Positions 18,195 to 28,318 of a stretch of 64,000 nt of DNA are shown here, piece by piece. The stretch lies in IMG/VR virus record IMGVR_UViG_3300032242_000818, positions 100,718-164,717 of that record, one strand, 5' to 3'. Position numbers and translations under genes: made by a program. The notes under the pieces were generated by a model. It searched no databases and was not told the DNA's origin. It worked only from the letters and a program-made list of their open reading frames with translations. Source of the DNA: a virus. The stretch's first letter is position 1. Every line of letters begins with the position of its first letter.

Positions 18195-21071
18195 TTATGC
18201 CTGTGCTTCAGACCAGAATAAGTTAATATTAGTGTTAGAAGTAGTTGTTGAAAGATTCTTAACAACTACCGCAAGAACGTCTGGACCATCTGGGTAATTT
18301 GAATAACCACCAATGGCAGAGTTTGTTAATTCTTTTAGGTTTGACAAGTCAATCTGCGCAAACCCTCCAGGTTGACCCAATGTACTAAAGTTTTGTTCAC
18401 CTGGAGTCGCAGCAGTAGTAGTACTTGTAGAAACCTGAGCAAACGAAGGTTGAGAACCTAAAGCAATAGTATTAACCGCATTCCAAGTTAATGATGAAGC
18501 ATCAATATTACCTGGATTTAAAATACCATATACCTGAATAGACTGATCGCCTTGAACTTGTAACTGTTGAAGTAGTAACTGCGCACGATTAATAAGGTCG
18601 CGATCACCGAACTGACCAGCAATTGAGTTTGATACAGATGGTGCTAATCTTAAGAAGAATGCAGTCTTAGATTGTCCTGATGTTAATGAAATACCAGTTG
18701 CAGCGTAGTTAAAGTAGTAACCACGATCTGAATCAAATCCGCCATCCATAATATAAGAAGAACCCCAGTGGTTAACAATTGGTGAACAAGTACAAGTAAT
18801 TAAAGTTACCGCAGTGTATCCATTACCAACAGCATGACTCGCTGCAGCGCCACCAGAGAATGTCTTATTAGAACCACCAACGAACATTGAGAATGATGCA
18901 CCACGAGTACATCCAGTTAATGTATTACCTGCTTTACCAGTATAATTAATATATTCATTTTCAATAAGAATAGTACCACCAGTAGCTGGGAAACGAGAAG
19001 CATCATATAATACAACTGAAGTAACAGAAGTATTCATGGCAGTTGCTAAACGATCGCGAGCTGATTCATTAATCGCTTGATAGCGAACTGCACTGTTACC
19101 AGTACGCATATATGCTTCATCGTTCACGTTGTTTTGTTTCATACGATGAACAGGAATCATATTACCATCTGGACCACGTAGCATAAAGTCAATAAAACCA
19201 GCACCATACCAAGAGAATGAAACCCCAAGCATTTGCATTTTGTTTAGGTTAACTGCATAACCAGAAATACCAGTACCATCAATCTTATCAAAGTTAAACT
19301 GAGATTGTGGAACACGTGTATCAATAATTTGAGCAATCTTGATACCTGAAGAGGCATTAACACCACGATACTCTGGGTTAATAGACATAGTAGTATCATC
19401 AGTAATAGAACCAACACGATATGTCATACCACGAATAACAATACTATCGCCTTGTTTTAACTGTTGAGTAAAACGAGTTGATGTGCCAGTAATTGCCTGA
19501 GACCCTGGAGTAACAGAAATAAATCCTGATAACTGATATGTTGCAGAACGCTTAACAACTGCTAATTCTTGCCCATCAAATTCCCAGAATAATCCATTTT
19601 GATCATCGAATGGACCGCATCGAGTACTTGCACCAATCCAATTCTTAACTGTAACACGTGGTAAGTTAGTAATAACAGCAGAAGTGCTACCAAGAACTGC
19701 TTGGGCATTAACTGTGAACGTAGATTCGTTAATAATAGAAACTACACCATATGTACCATTGTAACCAGAAGTAACAACACCTGCAATCTCAACAGTACAA
19801 CCAGATTGTAAACCATGGTCAACTTCAGTTGAAACTGTAATTGCTGAACCAACAGTTGTAGCAGCTGCAGAGATTTGGTCAAGGTTTAAAACTGGATTGA
19901 ATAAAACACCAGAAGTCCAAAGAATACCTTTACCTGATTGGTAACGCATATACTTTTTAGTTTGACGAGCAACAGATGCGCCATGTGAAGGTAAGAATGT
20001 ACCAATGTTAACACCACCATCGAATGGTCTATGTTGAACATAAGCATCAGAACGAGTGAATGTATTTGCAACAATACTAGAGTTTTGTACTGCGCCACCA
20101 ACTCGAGCAGTAAATGTAAACGTAGTTGCAGAAGGTACTGTTTCAACGAAAAAGTTACCATTCATTAAACTGTGATAAGTTCCAGTAGAAGTAACTACGT
20201 TAACAATAGGCGCACCAGCAATTAAACCATGGTTTGCTGATAAAGTTACTGTAATTTTTGAAGGAGAGTTACCATCAGAAGTATAACCAGTAACTGGTAA
20301 ATTTGCACCAGCATAGAAACCACCACGACGTGCGTAAGTAGATTGGTTAAAAACAGAAGTTCCGCTAGTTCCTACAATACCTTTAGCAAAGTAAGTAAAC
20401 GAATTATTATCAGGAACAGAGGTAATAACGAACGCACCTTCAGCACGAGCAGCAGCAGAAGTTCCTGCGCAACCGAATACAATAACTGGAGTAGCAATTG
20501 AGAGACCGTGAGCCTGTGAAGTGGTAACAGTCATAACAGATGGGTTACCACCATCTGATGTAATATTAGTTACGAACAAGTCAAGACCTGGTTTTTCGTA
20601 GATACCTGGAATACCACGGATATCTGAATAGTTCTGCCACTTAGTAGGCTGTAAACCATATTCAAAGTCAGCGTCAATTAATGATTGTGGATTAGCAACA
20701 CGTTGGCGTTCAATAGCATCAACACCAAAAGCATATGGGCGAGTAATGTTACCAACATATTTTGGAGCATCAGAGTAAATAGCCAACTTATCAGTTGACA
20801 ACATTGTTGAAGTATCAGCTGCAAAAGTTACAGTAGTTACACCAACCTGTTCAGAATATTGAGCAGTACCACCCATAAAAGTAGTATCAGTAGCATCATA
20901 TGCAATCGTACCATTCTTTGTTGGGTCACCAATAGCGTAGATGTTTGTTTGCTGAGTTTTATTCGCAATAATCAAAAGCTGAGTTAAATCAACTTTACCA
21001 GGGAACTTAACAGTTCCTGATCCCGCTATGTTTGGTGAGAAAATATATTTTTCAACTAACTGACGTGCCAT
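18195..21071 (-). CDS. Large virion structural protein with repeated beta-modules
   Basis: QSLIDADFEYGLQPTKW, repeated TVT...HGL modules, RYQSGKG; located in the fibre block. Confidence 0.7.
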   Translation of the reverse strand: MARQLVEKYIFSPNIAGSGTVKFPGKVDLTQLLIIANKTQQTNIYAIGDPTKNGTIAYDATDTTFMGGTAQYSEQVGVTTVTFAADTSTMLSTDKLAIYSDAPKYVGNITRPYAFGVDAIERQRVANPQSLIDADFEYGLQPTKWQNYSDIRGIPGIYEKPGLDLFVTNITSDGGNPSVMTVTTSQAHGLSIATPVIVFGCAGTSAAARAEGAFVITSVPDNNSFTYFAKGIVGTSGTSVFNQSTYARRGGFYAGANLPVTGYTSDGNSPSKITVTLSANHGLIAGAPIVNVVTSTGTYHSLMNGNFFVETVPSATTFTFTARVGGAVQNSSIVANTFTRSDAYVQHRPFDGGVNIGTFLPSHGASVARQTKKYMRYQSGKGILWTSGVLFNPVLNLDQISAAATTVGSAITVSTEVDHGLQSGCTVEIAGVVTSGYNGTYGVVSIINESTFTVNAQAVLGSTSAVITNLPRVTVKNWIGASTRCGPFDDQNGLFWEFDGQELAVVKRSATYQLSGFISVTPGSQAITGTSTRFTQQLKQGDSIVIRGMTYRVGSITDDTTMSINPEYRGVNASSGIKIAQIIDTRVPQSQFNFDKIDGTGISGYAVNLNKMQMLGVSFSWYGAGFIDFMLRGPDGNMIPVHRMKQNNVNDEAYMRTGNSAVRYQAINESARDRLATAMNTSVTSVVLYDASRFPATGGTILIENEYINYTGKAGNTLTGCTRGASFSMFVGGSNKTFSGGAAASHAVGNGYTAVTLITCTCSPIVNHWGSSYIMDGGFDSDRGYYFNYAATGISLTSGQSKTAFFLRLAPSVSNSIAGQFGDRDLINRAQLLLQQLQVQGDQSIQVYGILNPGNIDASSLTWNAVNTIALGSQPSFAQVSTSTTTAATPGEQNFSTLGQPGGFAQIDLSNLKELTNSAIGGYSNYPDGPDVLAVVVKNLSTTTSNTNINLFWSEAQA

Positions 21072-21080
21072 GTTATATCC

Positions 21081-22232
21081 TTAGAATCCGAAAATAATTG
21101 AGTAACCAAGATAATCTGACTTCACAGATTGATCAAGGTTGTTAATAGAAACAATACCGTCTAATCGCAATACACCGCAATCATACGAAAGTGGAACTGA
21201 ACCACCGACTGAGCCTAGATCTTCTGTTGCAATAATATTGGAATCATATACATAACCAAGATCTGAAGTTGCTTGAGCTGCGAAGGTTGCCGAAGAACCA
21301 GAAGTACCAGTGTATCCAATTTGAATACCACCACTGGTATTAGTAATTTGAATATATGAACCAGCACTAATACGGTTCAGAGTAAATCCATTTGAGGAAT
21401 TACCGATTAAAATTTGACCAACTTCAGGTAGAGTTGTTTGGCCAGTACCACCCTGCGCAATACCCAATTGAGTAGTCAGAGTTAAAGAATTAAGAGTTGT
21501 ATCACCAGCATTAAGTGTACTACTTAAAGTAGTTGCACCAGTAACACCCAGTGTGCCACCGATAGTAGTATTACCAGTAATCCCCATAGTTGATGAGAAC
21601 GTACCAGTTGTGCCAGTAATACCAGCTGCAACAATATTAGCAAGAGTTCCAGTAATTACTTCAGAACTATTGGTTGTATTTAATAGGAAACGAATATCAC
21701 CAGTTGCTTGTTTATAACCGATAAAACCGTATCTGTTAGCACCAGAATAATAATTGAATTCTAGACCACGATCTTTACTATCATTAGAAGATAGTGTGCC
21801 ACCACCAACAGCAGTACCAATTCTAATAATTGGATCAACAATAGTAGTTACTGTTGAGTTAATTGTTTCAGTAGTACCATTAAGTGTAATATTTCCAGTT
21901 ACAGTTAATGATCCACTGATGGTAGTATTACCAGTAACACCAAGAGTGCCACCAATAGTAGTATTACCAGTAACACCTAATGTTCCACCAACTGTGGCAT
22001 TACCACTTAACCCTAATGTTGCTCCAGTGAAACCACCTGCACCAAGTGCAAGATTAGAACCTGAGATTACGTTTGTTAGATTCGCACGAGCAGTTTCATG
22101 ACCACCAGCAGAAGAACCATCATGGATATGCAATGACTGGTTAGTAGTATCAAGCGTGAGTTCTCCCGCAGCACCAGTAAATGTGGTGTGTTGGGCAGCA
22201 GTACCTCTTCTAACTTGTAATTGAATGGCCAT
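21081..22232 (-). CDS. Fibre protein with Mtd-N-like N-terminus
   Basis: QLQVRRGT...GELTLDT...HDG; GGTLGVTGNTTI repeats; DRGLEF. Confidence 0.75.
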   Translation of the reverse strand: MAIQLQVRRGTAAQHTTFTGAAGELTLDTTNQSLHIHDGSSAGGHETARANLTNVISGSNLALGAGGFTGATLGLSGNATVGGTLGVTGNTTIGGTLGVTGNTTISGSLTVTGNITLNGTTETINSTVTTIVDPIIRIGTAVGGGTLSSNDSKDRGLEFNYYSGANRYGFIGYKQATGDIRFLLNTTNSSEVITGTLANIVAAGITGTTGTFSSTMGITGNTTIGGTLGVTGATTLSSTLNAGDTTLNSLTLTTQLGIAQGGTGQTTLPEVGQILIGNSSNGFTLNRISAGSYIQITNTSGGIQIGYTGTSGSSATFAAQATSDLGYVYDSNIIATEDLGSVGGSVPLSYDCGVLRLDGIVSINNLDQSVKSDYLGYSIIFGF

Positions 22233-22243
22233 ATATTATTCTC

Positions 22244-24805
22244 TTATACTATTGAACCATGGTCTTGCATGGTCATAACTGTTTCCGTGATATATCCAAA
22301 ATCGTAGGGAACAACCCCTGAGGCAGTTGATCCACTTGCTCCAGTAACAGCAACAGTGCCATCACCTGCGATTTGTAAACCACTACCAATTTTAATACCA
22401 CCAAGTACCGAACTGGAAGCGATTGGAAGAGTATAACTTCCACCACCACCTCCAGAAGACGCAGCCCACTGAACACCAGATCCAGTAGATGTTAAAACAT
22501 AACCGCTTGTACCAGTACTACCGTCAGCAGTTAATGAACCAGTAATTATTGGACTATTTAGTGTTTTATTAGTTAGTGTTTGAGAACCAGTATTTGTAGT
22601 TACAACTGAGGTATCTACAGAAATAGTTCCAGTTGTAGTAATTGCGCTACCAGTAGAACTTGTTAAACCAGTTCCAGCTGTAATAGAAGTTACTGTTCCA
22701 GAACCACCACTAGAAGCAGTTGAACTAATAACACCACTACCATCGATAGTAATTGTAGTACCATCAACTTTAACAGCACCAAATGCACTTGTTGTTGCAA
22801 CAGGTAATCTAGCAGCAGCGATAGTACCAGTAAGATTACTTGCAGCTAAAGAACCAGAAAGAGTAGTTGCGCTGAAAGTTCCACTTAATGCTAAAGTAGT
22901 TGTGCCAGAAGTCCAAGATAACGCAGTAAGTGGACTAACAGCAGTTGTTGAACTTGCATAATATGCTAGTTGGCCAGCAGTACCTGCGTTAACAGTACCT
23001 GAACCAGTACCACCACTACCTGACGAACTAATAATACCATTGGCATCAATAGTAATAGAAGATCCATCAACACGAACCGCACCTAATGCACCAGTAGTTG
23101 CTTTAGGCAATGATGATGATTGGATAGTTCCAACGATATTTGCAGCAGTAACAGAACCAGCAGATCCAGAAACTGAACCAGTAATTGTATTAGTAACTGT
23201 TAAGTTTGTAAGCGTACCAACAGAAGTTAAACTTGAGTTGACTACGTTGGCTGCTAATGTTGTTCCTGTTAATTGACCAGCTGCTGCAGCACCAACTGGA
23301 GCAGAAGCAGTAATAACACCATTGGTAATTGTAATAGAAGTACCATCAATCTTAACCGCACCAAGTGTAGTTGTTGTTGCGACTGGTAATCTAGCAGCAG
23401 GTAATGTTCCGCTAGTTATATTTGAAGCATCAGTTGTATCAGTGGTTGCTGACGTAGCAAGACCAGTGATTTTACTTCCTGCTAAACTTGTAATCCAAGT
23501 AGGGTTAGCGTATGATACTGTTGTATAAACACCATTAGTAACAGAACCAGCATTTCCAGTAACACTACCAGAAATTGGGTTAGTAACAGTAAGGTTTGCT
23601 AATGTACCAACAGAAGTTAAACTTGACGAAACTACGTTTGAAGCAAGAGTAGTTCCTGTTAATGCTGAAGCTGGGGCAGTAATACCAGATTGAGTAACAG
23701 AAATAATACCACTGGAAATACCGATAGTAGTTCCATCAACTTTAACACCACCAAGTTGTGTTGCTGAAGCAGTCGCTAAACCAATAGTTCCACTAGTATT
23801 TGTAATTCCACTAGTACCAACTACTGGAATAATTACGCCACCAAGCGTTGTGGTAGTTGCAGCACCAAGCGTATATGAACTTGTGCCAGTAATTGTTAAT
23901 GTTTTGGTTGAACTATTTGTTGTTAAAGTAATACCAGTGCCAGCTGCTACTGTTAGCGTATCAGTTGCAGAACCAGCAGTAATATTTGTTTGACCTGAAA
24001 CTGCAACTGTAGAAAATATTGCAGAGGGTATAGTTGGTTTATTTGTTAGATCAGTATATGAGCCACTAAACAAAGTAGGTTTGTTTATAAGGTCAGTATA
24101 AGATCCAGATGTAGCAACAGTTGCTAATGAAGGCGCACCAGATAAACTAGAATATGCACCATCAAAAACTGTGGAAATAGTACCAGCTGTTACTGATAAA
24201 CCACTACCAACAATTACACCACCAAGTGTAGTTATCGTTGCAGCTGGAAGAGTATATGATGCAGGAAGTGCTGCCCAAGCAACACCAGTTCCAGTAGATT
24301 TTAAATAATATCCATTAGTACCTACTGAACCACCAGCAGATAATGTGCCTGTTAAAACTGCGTTACCAATAGATGGTGCAGTTAAAGTTTTATTTGTTAG
24401 GGTTTGTGAAGAAGTAAGTTCAACTAAAGTTTTGCGACCACTACCAGTACCTATTGTAAGAGTACCAATAGAAGAATCATAAACTGCTGATGCAACATCA
24501 GTCTGACTAGCAGAAGTTGATGTTGGTAGGATTAATATACCTTGATCAAGCGTGACAGTACCTTGACTAATACTTGGTGTATTAAGTACTGGACTTGTAA
24601 GGGTTTTATTTGTTAGAGTTTGTGTTGCTGTTAGTGTAACTATACCAGAGTTATACGCAGCAAAGGATTGGATAATGTTATTAGCATTTTTGAAATACAG
24701 TAAGCCATCAGCATAGTTTAATGCCAATTCACCGTAGTCCAAGTCAGTCGTTGCTGGGGCTTTGCCCACTACAGACGACTTCTTGAGTAAAACTTTATTA
24801 CTCAT
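22244..24805 (-). CDS. Long repetitive fibre protein
   Basis: KKSSV...GELALNYADG N-terminus; multiple AT..LGxVKxDG, QTLTNKTL, SGSYTDL and SSLTSVGTL repeats. Confidence 0.78.
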   Translation of the reverse strand: MSNKVLLKKSSVVGKAPATTDLDYGELALNYADGLLYFKNANNIIQSFAAYNSGIVTLTATQTLTNKTLTSPVLNTPSISQGTVTLDQGILILPTSTSASQTDVASAVYDSSIGTLTIGTGSGRKTLVELTSSQTLTNKTLTAPSIGNAVLTGTLSAGGSVGTNGYYLKSTGTGVAWAALPASYTLPAATITTLGGVIVGSGLSVTAGTISTVFDGAYSSLSGAPSLATVATSGSYTDLINKPTLFSGSYTDLTNKPTIPSAIFSTVAVSGQTNITAGSATDTLTVAAGTGITLTTNSSTKTLTITGTSSYTLGAATTTTLGGVIIPVVGTSGITNTSGTIGLATASATQLGGVKVDGTTIGISSGIISVTQSGITAPASALTGTTLASNVVSSSLTSVGTLANLTVTNPISGSVTGNAGSVTNGVYTTVSYANPTWITSLAGSKITGLATSATTDTTDASNITSGTLPAARLPVATTTTLGAVKIDGTSITITNGVITASAPVGAAAAGQLTGTTLAANVVNSSLTSVGTLTNLTVTNTITGSVSGSAGSVTAANIVGTIQSSSLPKATTGALGAVRVDGSSITIDANGIISSSGSGGTGSGTVNAGTAGQLAYYASSTTAVSPLTALSWTSGTTTLALSGTFSATTLSGSLAASNLTGTIAAARLPVATTSAFGAVKVDGTTITIDGSGVISSTASSGGSGTVTSITAGTGLTSSTGSAITTTGTISVDTSVVTTNTGSQTLTNKTLNSPIITGSLTADGSTGTSGYVLTSTGSGVQWAASSGGGGGSYTLPIASSSVLGGIKIGSGLQIAGDGTVAVTGASGSTASGVVPYDFGYITETVMTMQDHGSIV

Positions 24806-24856
24806 CCATATCCCTAAAAAGGTTAGCTGGGGATAAAAATCCCCAGTGTTATACTA

Positions 24857-24863
24857 TATTTAG
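24857..24863 (-). promoter_or_regulatory. Late promoter followed by CTGGGGAT/ATCCCCAG hairpin (24827-24846)
   Basis: CTAAATA in intergenic gap; perfect 8-bp inverted repeat in the leader. Confidence 0.55.
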
Positions 24864-27650
24864 TTAGTACGTACCACCATCAATTTGGAAACCATCCAAA
24901 GTTGATGTCGTTGCGCCAGCACCAGTAATGTTGGTACCAACGTAGATTGCTTTAGTTACTGCCAAACCACCAGACATAACAACACCAGCAGTTGTTAAGT
25001 TAGTAGCATCAGTACTATTTGTTAGAGTAACTAGACCAGAAGCAGCAAGAGTTGTACCACTAAAACTAGAAGCAGTAATTGTTTTATTGCTTAATGCTTC
25101 AGTTCCTGCTAAAGTAGCAAGAGTACCACTTGTTGGTAGAGTTACTGAAGTATTACCAGTAACAGCGATTGCAGTGCTAAATGCACCTGTTAAAGATAAT
25201 GAACCAGCAGTAGAAACATTACCACCTAGAGTAATAGTATATGATCCATTATTAACACCAGTACCACCATAAGTTGGTCCAATAATAGTACCTTGCCAAG
25301 TACCAGTACCAATAGTACCTAATGTAGTAATTGAAGTCTGACCAACATATGATGCAGAGATATCAATATTATCAGCGTTAGCAATAATTCTATTTGTAGT
25401 ACCAACTACGTTTAAAGTATTACCAGATTTAGTTAAACCATCACCAGCGATAACAGAACCAGCACCAGAGAACTGAACGAATGTTAAAACAGTTGTATCA
25501 ATTGTTACACTGCCGTCTGTTGTAAGAACATAACCATTGTCTGCACCAATAGTACCTTCTTCAACAAAAGTAAACATTCCTGGAGTAACTTCACCACTTG
25601 GAGAGTTATCAGCATCAGTGGCACGAGTCAATACCCAGTTAGTAGAAGCAGAACCAACAGTAGTAACAGTATAGATACCGTTATTTTGACCAAGTGTTTG
25701 ATCTTTAACTAAAACACGATCGCCAGAAACTAGGACGATACTATCAATAGTAAGAGCAGCTTGGGTTCCAGAGTTAGTAAGTGTTTTACCAGCACCTGTA
25801 CCAGAAGCAGTAGCAGTTAAGTTGGCAGTAGTAGCAACACGAACTGAATCTTTAATATCCAGTGCTTGTTTAACAGCATCAACATAACCTTTATTGGCAG
25901 CATCAGTTGCTTGAGTAGGAGTTGCGACTGAAGTAATACGGAAACTACCAACGTCAACAGTACCAGAACCAGTTGGTGTAAGATTAACACTTTGGTTAGA
26001 GCCACCAGCTGCGAATGTTAACGAACCAGTACCAGTGATAGAACCAGTTGTAGAACCAGTACCACCATAAGCAACACCGATAGTATTACCATTCCAAGTA
26101 GAACCAGAACCAATAGTCTTATTTTGTAATGTTTCAGTACCAGTTAAAGTAGCAAGAGTACCACTTGTTGGTAGTGTTAATGATGTGGTATTAGTAGCAG
26201 TTAATGTTACACCATATGCTCCAGCAGTAGTTAAAGTGCTACCATCTGCTAACGCTAAAGTTGCACTAGTTGCAGGAGCAGTAAACGCTACTTTGTTTAT
26301 AGATGTAGCAGTGGCAACACCAAGAACTGGAGTAACTAATGTTGGACTAGTAGCAAGAACAACTGAACCAGTACCAGTTACAGCTGTAATACCTGTTCCA
26401 TTAATCTGGAACACATTACCTGTTGCAGCAGTATTAAATGTCTTGTTAGTAAATGTATCAGTAGTGGCACGACCAACTAAAGTATCTGTAGAAGTTGGTA
26501 GAGTTAATGTACCACTGTTAACAATAGTTGCAATTACTGGAGAAGTAAGAGTTTTATTTGTTAGAGTATCAGTTGTTGCTTTACCAACTAAAGTATCAGT
26601 TGTAGCTGGTAGTGTTAGAGTACCAGAAGCAGTTGCTGAAGCAGCAAGAGTAGTAGTGCCTGAAGAAGAACCAGAGAATAATGCACCACCAGAACCAATA
26701 GTTGGAGTTGTAAGAGATGGGCTTACTGCAAATACATTAGCACCAGTACCAGTATAAGAGTTGAAACCAGTAATCTCTTGTACCCATGTTTCTGCGCCAG
26801 TCGATGCAACAGTGAATGTTACTTGTGTACCAGCCTGAATAGTAGCAAGAGCACCAGAAGTAGAAGTCTGAATAGTCAGAGCACCAGTACTATTGTTAGT
26901 AAGAATAAATTCTTGACCAACAGTAAGAGTAGCGGTAGAAGGTAACTTAATAGTCTGACTAGTTGAACCAGTAAAATATTGGTTTGCTGAACTAGATGCT
27001 GTTAGAGTAGTAGTTGTTCCACCAGTAGCAGTTGAAGTATAACCACCTGCGCCGATAGAAGAAATTGTAACTGTTTGACCAGATACAGAAGTGGTAATAC
27101 CATTACCACCAGTAAAGGTTAATGTTTGGGATAGTAGAGCAACAGAACCAGTAGTAGCACCACCAGCTGCTAAACTTAAAGTAGCAGCAGAAGCAGCCCA
27201 AGTAGATGTACCACTACCATCAGTAGTTAAAACATAACCATTAGTACCAGCTGATCTTGGTAATGTCCAAGTACCAGCAATCTGAACCATGCCAGTGCCG
27301 TTTGGATTAAGTACTAAGTTACCATTGGTATTAGTTGTGCTTAATGTATTACCAGTTAATTGAGTATTACCAACTAACCATTTGTCAATTGTACCAGTTG
27401 ATGATAGAACTGGAATTGACGATGCGTTTGTAGTTAACGTGCCAGCAGTTGATGCGTCGATTAAACCAGTATAGTAAGTACCACCAATAACATAGTGGTT
27501 TGCTGCATTACCTGCAGTTTCTGAACCGATACCAATGTAAAGTCTATTACCACCTGCGCCAGCGTAGGCTGAATATGCTAATTCACCTGCGCCAAGAGTG
27601 GTTGGATTACCTGCTGTCGATGAACGCTTTATTCTAATTATTGATGCCAT
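24864..27650 (-). CDS. Fibre protein
   Basis: IKRSS..GELAYS N-terminus, TLTLP.TDTLVG repeats, DAANKGYVD/SVRVATT/DRVLVKDQ/NGIY fibre domain, ends DGGTY. Confidence 0.8.
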   Translation of the reverse strand: MASIIRIKRSSTAGNPTTLGAGELAYSAYAGAGGNRLYIGIGSETAGNAANHYVIGGTYYTGLIDASTAGTLTTNASSIPVLSSTGTIDKWLVGNTQLTGNTLSTTNTNGNLVLNPNGTGMVQIAGTWTLPRSAGTNGYVLTTDGSGTSTWAASAATLSLAAGGATTGSVALLSQTLTFTGGNGITTSVSGQTVTISSIGAGGYTSTATGGTTTTLTASSSANQYFTGSTSQTIKLPSTATLTVGQEFILTNNSTGALTIQTSTSGALATIQAGTQVTFTVASTGAETWVQEITGFNSYTGTGANVFAVSPSLTTPTIGSGGALFSGSSSGTTTLAASATASGTLTLPATTDTLVGKATTDTLTNKTLTSPVIATIVNSGTLTLPTSTDTLVGRATTDTFTNKTFNTAATGNVFQINGTGITAVTGTGSVVLATSPTLVTPVLGVATATSINKVAFTAPATSATLALADGSTLTTAGAYGVTLTATNTTSLTLPTSGTLATLTGTETLQNKTIGSGSTWNGNTIGVAYGGTGSTTGSITGTGSLTFAAGGSNQSVNLTPTGSGTVDVGSFRITSVATPTQATDAANKGYVDAVKQALDIKDSVRVATTANLTATASGTGAGKTLTNSGTQAALTIDSIVLVSGDRVLVKDQTLGQNNGIYTVTTVGSASTNWVLTRATDADNSPSGEVTPGMFTFVEEGTIGADNGYVLTTDGSVTIDTTVLTFVQFSGAGSVIAGDGLTKSGNTLNVVGTTNRIIANADNIDISASYVGQTSITTLGTIGTGTWQGTIIGPTYGGTGVNNGSYTITLGGNVSTAGSLSLTGAFSTAIAVTGNTSVTLPTSGTLATLAGTEALSNKTITASSFSGTTLAASGLVTLTNSTDATNLTTAGVVMSGGLAVTKAIYVGTNITGAGATTSTLDGFQIDGGTY

Positions 27651-27664
27651 CTTTTATTCTCCGA

Positions 27665-27916
27665 TTAAAATTCGCCACCTTCCATATTCTGCGCATCTAG
27701 CGTAGTGGAAGCTGTCCATTTATTTGTGCTTGTTTTGTAAACAAGTATTGACCCATTTACTTTACCATTAGTAGTGACATCGACATCGGCGATGTTTGAC
27801 ATAGATTCAACCACAGCTGGTGCAGCTAAATTTGTTTGTGAAAGCGTAAGAACACCTTCTGAAACTGCGACCGATAATGCTTGGTCTGGGGTTACGACTG
27901 CTATTGTATCTGCCAT
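27665..27916 (-). CDS. Small fibre-associated protein
   Basis: IADVD...NGSILVY...KW motif; ends MEGGEF; TAATG coupling to upstream gene. Confidence 0.65.
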   Translation of the reverse strand: MADTIAVVTPDQALSVAVSEGVLTLSQTNLAAPAVVESMSNIADVDVTTNGKVNGSILVYKTSTNKWTASTTLDAQNMEGGEF

Positions 27917-28251
27917 TATATTTGTGTAATTTGTGGGGTTATTGTTACGATACCTTCTACAACTCTGGTTTTTGTTCCAGAAGCAGAGGTAATCTCCACG
28001 TCATATAGCCATCTCCCTGCGGGAATAGCTGAAGAAGCTGAAGCGGATAGTTGGAGTCTCACTTTACCGTTAGCTGCATCATAAACTGATGCTGTAAAGG
28101 CGTAAGCTGTGGATGAACTGTAGGACTTTCTCATCTGAGAAGCCACAGTGTAATTGCTTAAATTCAAAGGTTGTCCGTTGGTAGAACTGACAGTAATTAT
28201 GTTACTGTAATCACTTCCAGCGTCAACGAAAAGATTGCTAATAGTAGCCAT
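27916..28251 (-). CDS. Conserved small virion protein (Ig-like beta fold)
   Basis: LNLSNYTVASQMRKSY, GRWLYDVEI, RVVEGIVTITP. Confidence 0.7.
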   Translation of the reverse strand: MATISNLFVDAGSDYSNIITVSSTNGQPLNLSNYTVASQMRKSYSSSTAYAFTASVYDAANGKVRLQLSASASSAIPAGRWLYDVEITSASGTKTRVVEGIVTITPQITQI

Positions 28252-28284
28252 TGACCCATCCTAAACACTATTCTTATACCTCTT

Positions 28285-28292
28285 TATTTATA
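28285..28292 (-). promoter_or_regulatory. Consensus T4 late promoter TATAAATA
   Basis: Exact match upstream of 27916..28251. Confidence 0.75.
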
Positions 28293-28318
28293 AGATACGG
28301 AAGTTGGGTTTTGCAGAA

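Noticed and set aside
21081-27650. Diversity-generating retroelement suggested by Mtd-N-like heads and internal repeats
   Set aside because: No reverse transcriptase in the window; repeats are in-frame protein repeats with mixed synonymous changes, not an adenine-specific TR/VR pair
22244-27650. CRISPR-like or non-coding repeat arrays
   Set aside because: Recurring strings lie in ORFs, are degenerate and irregularly spaced; explained by fibre repeats
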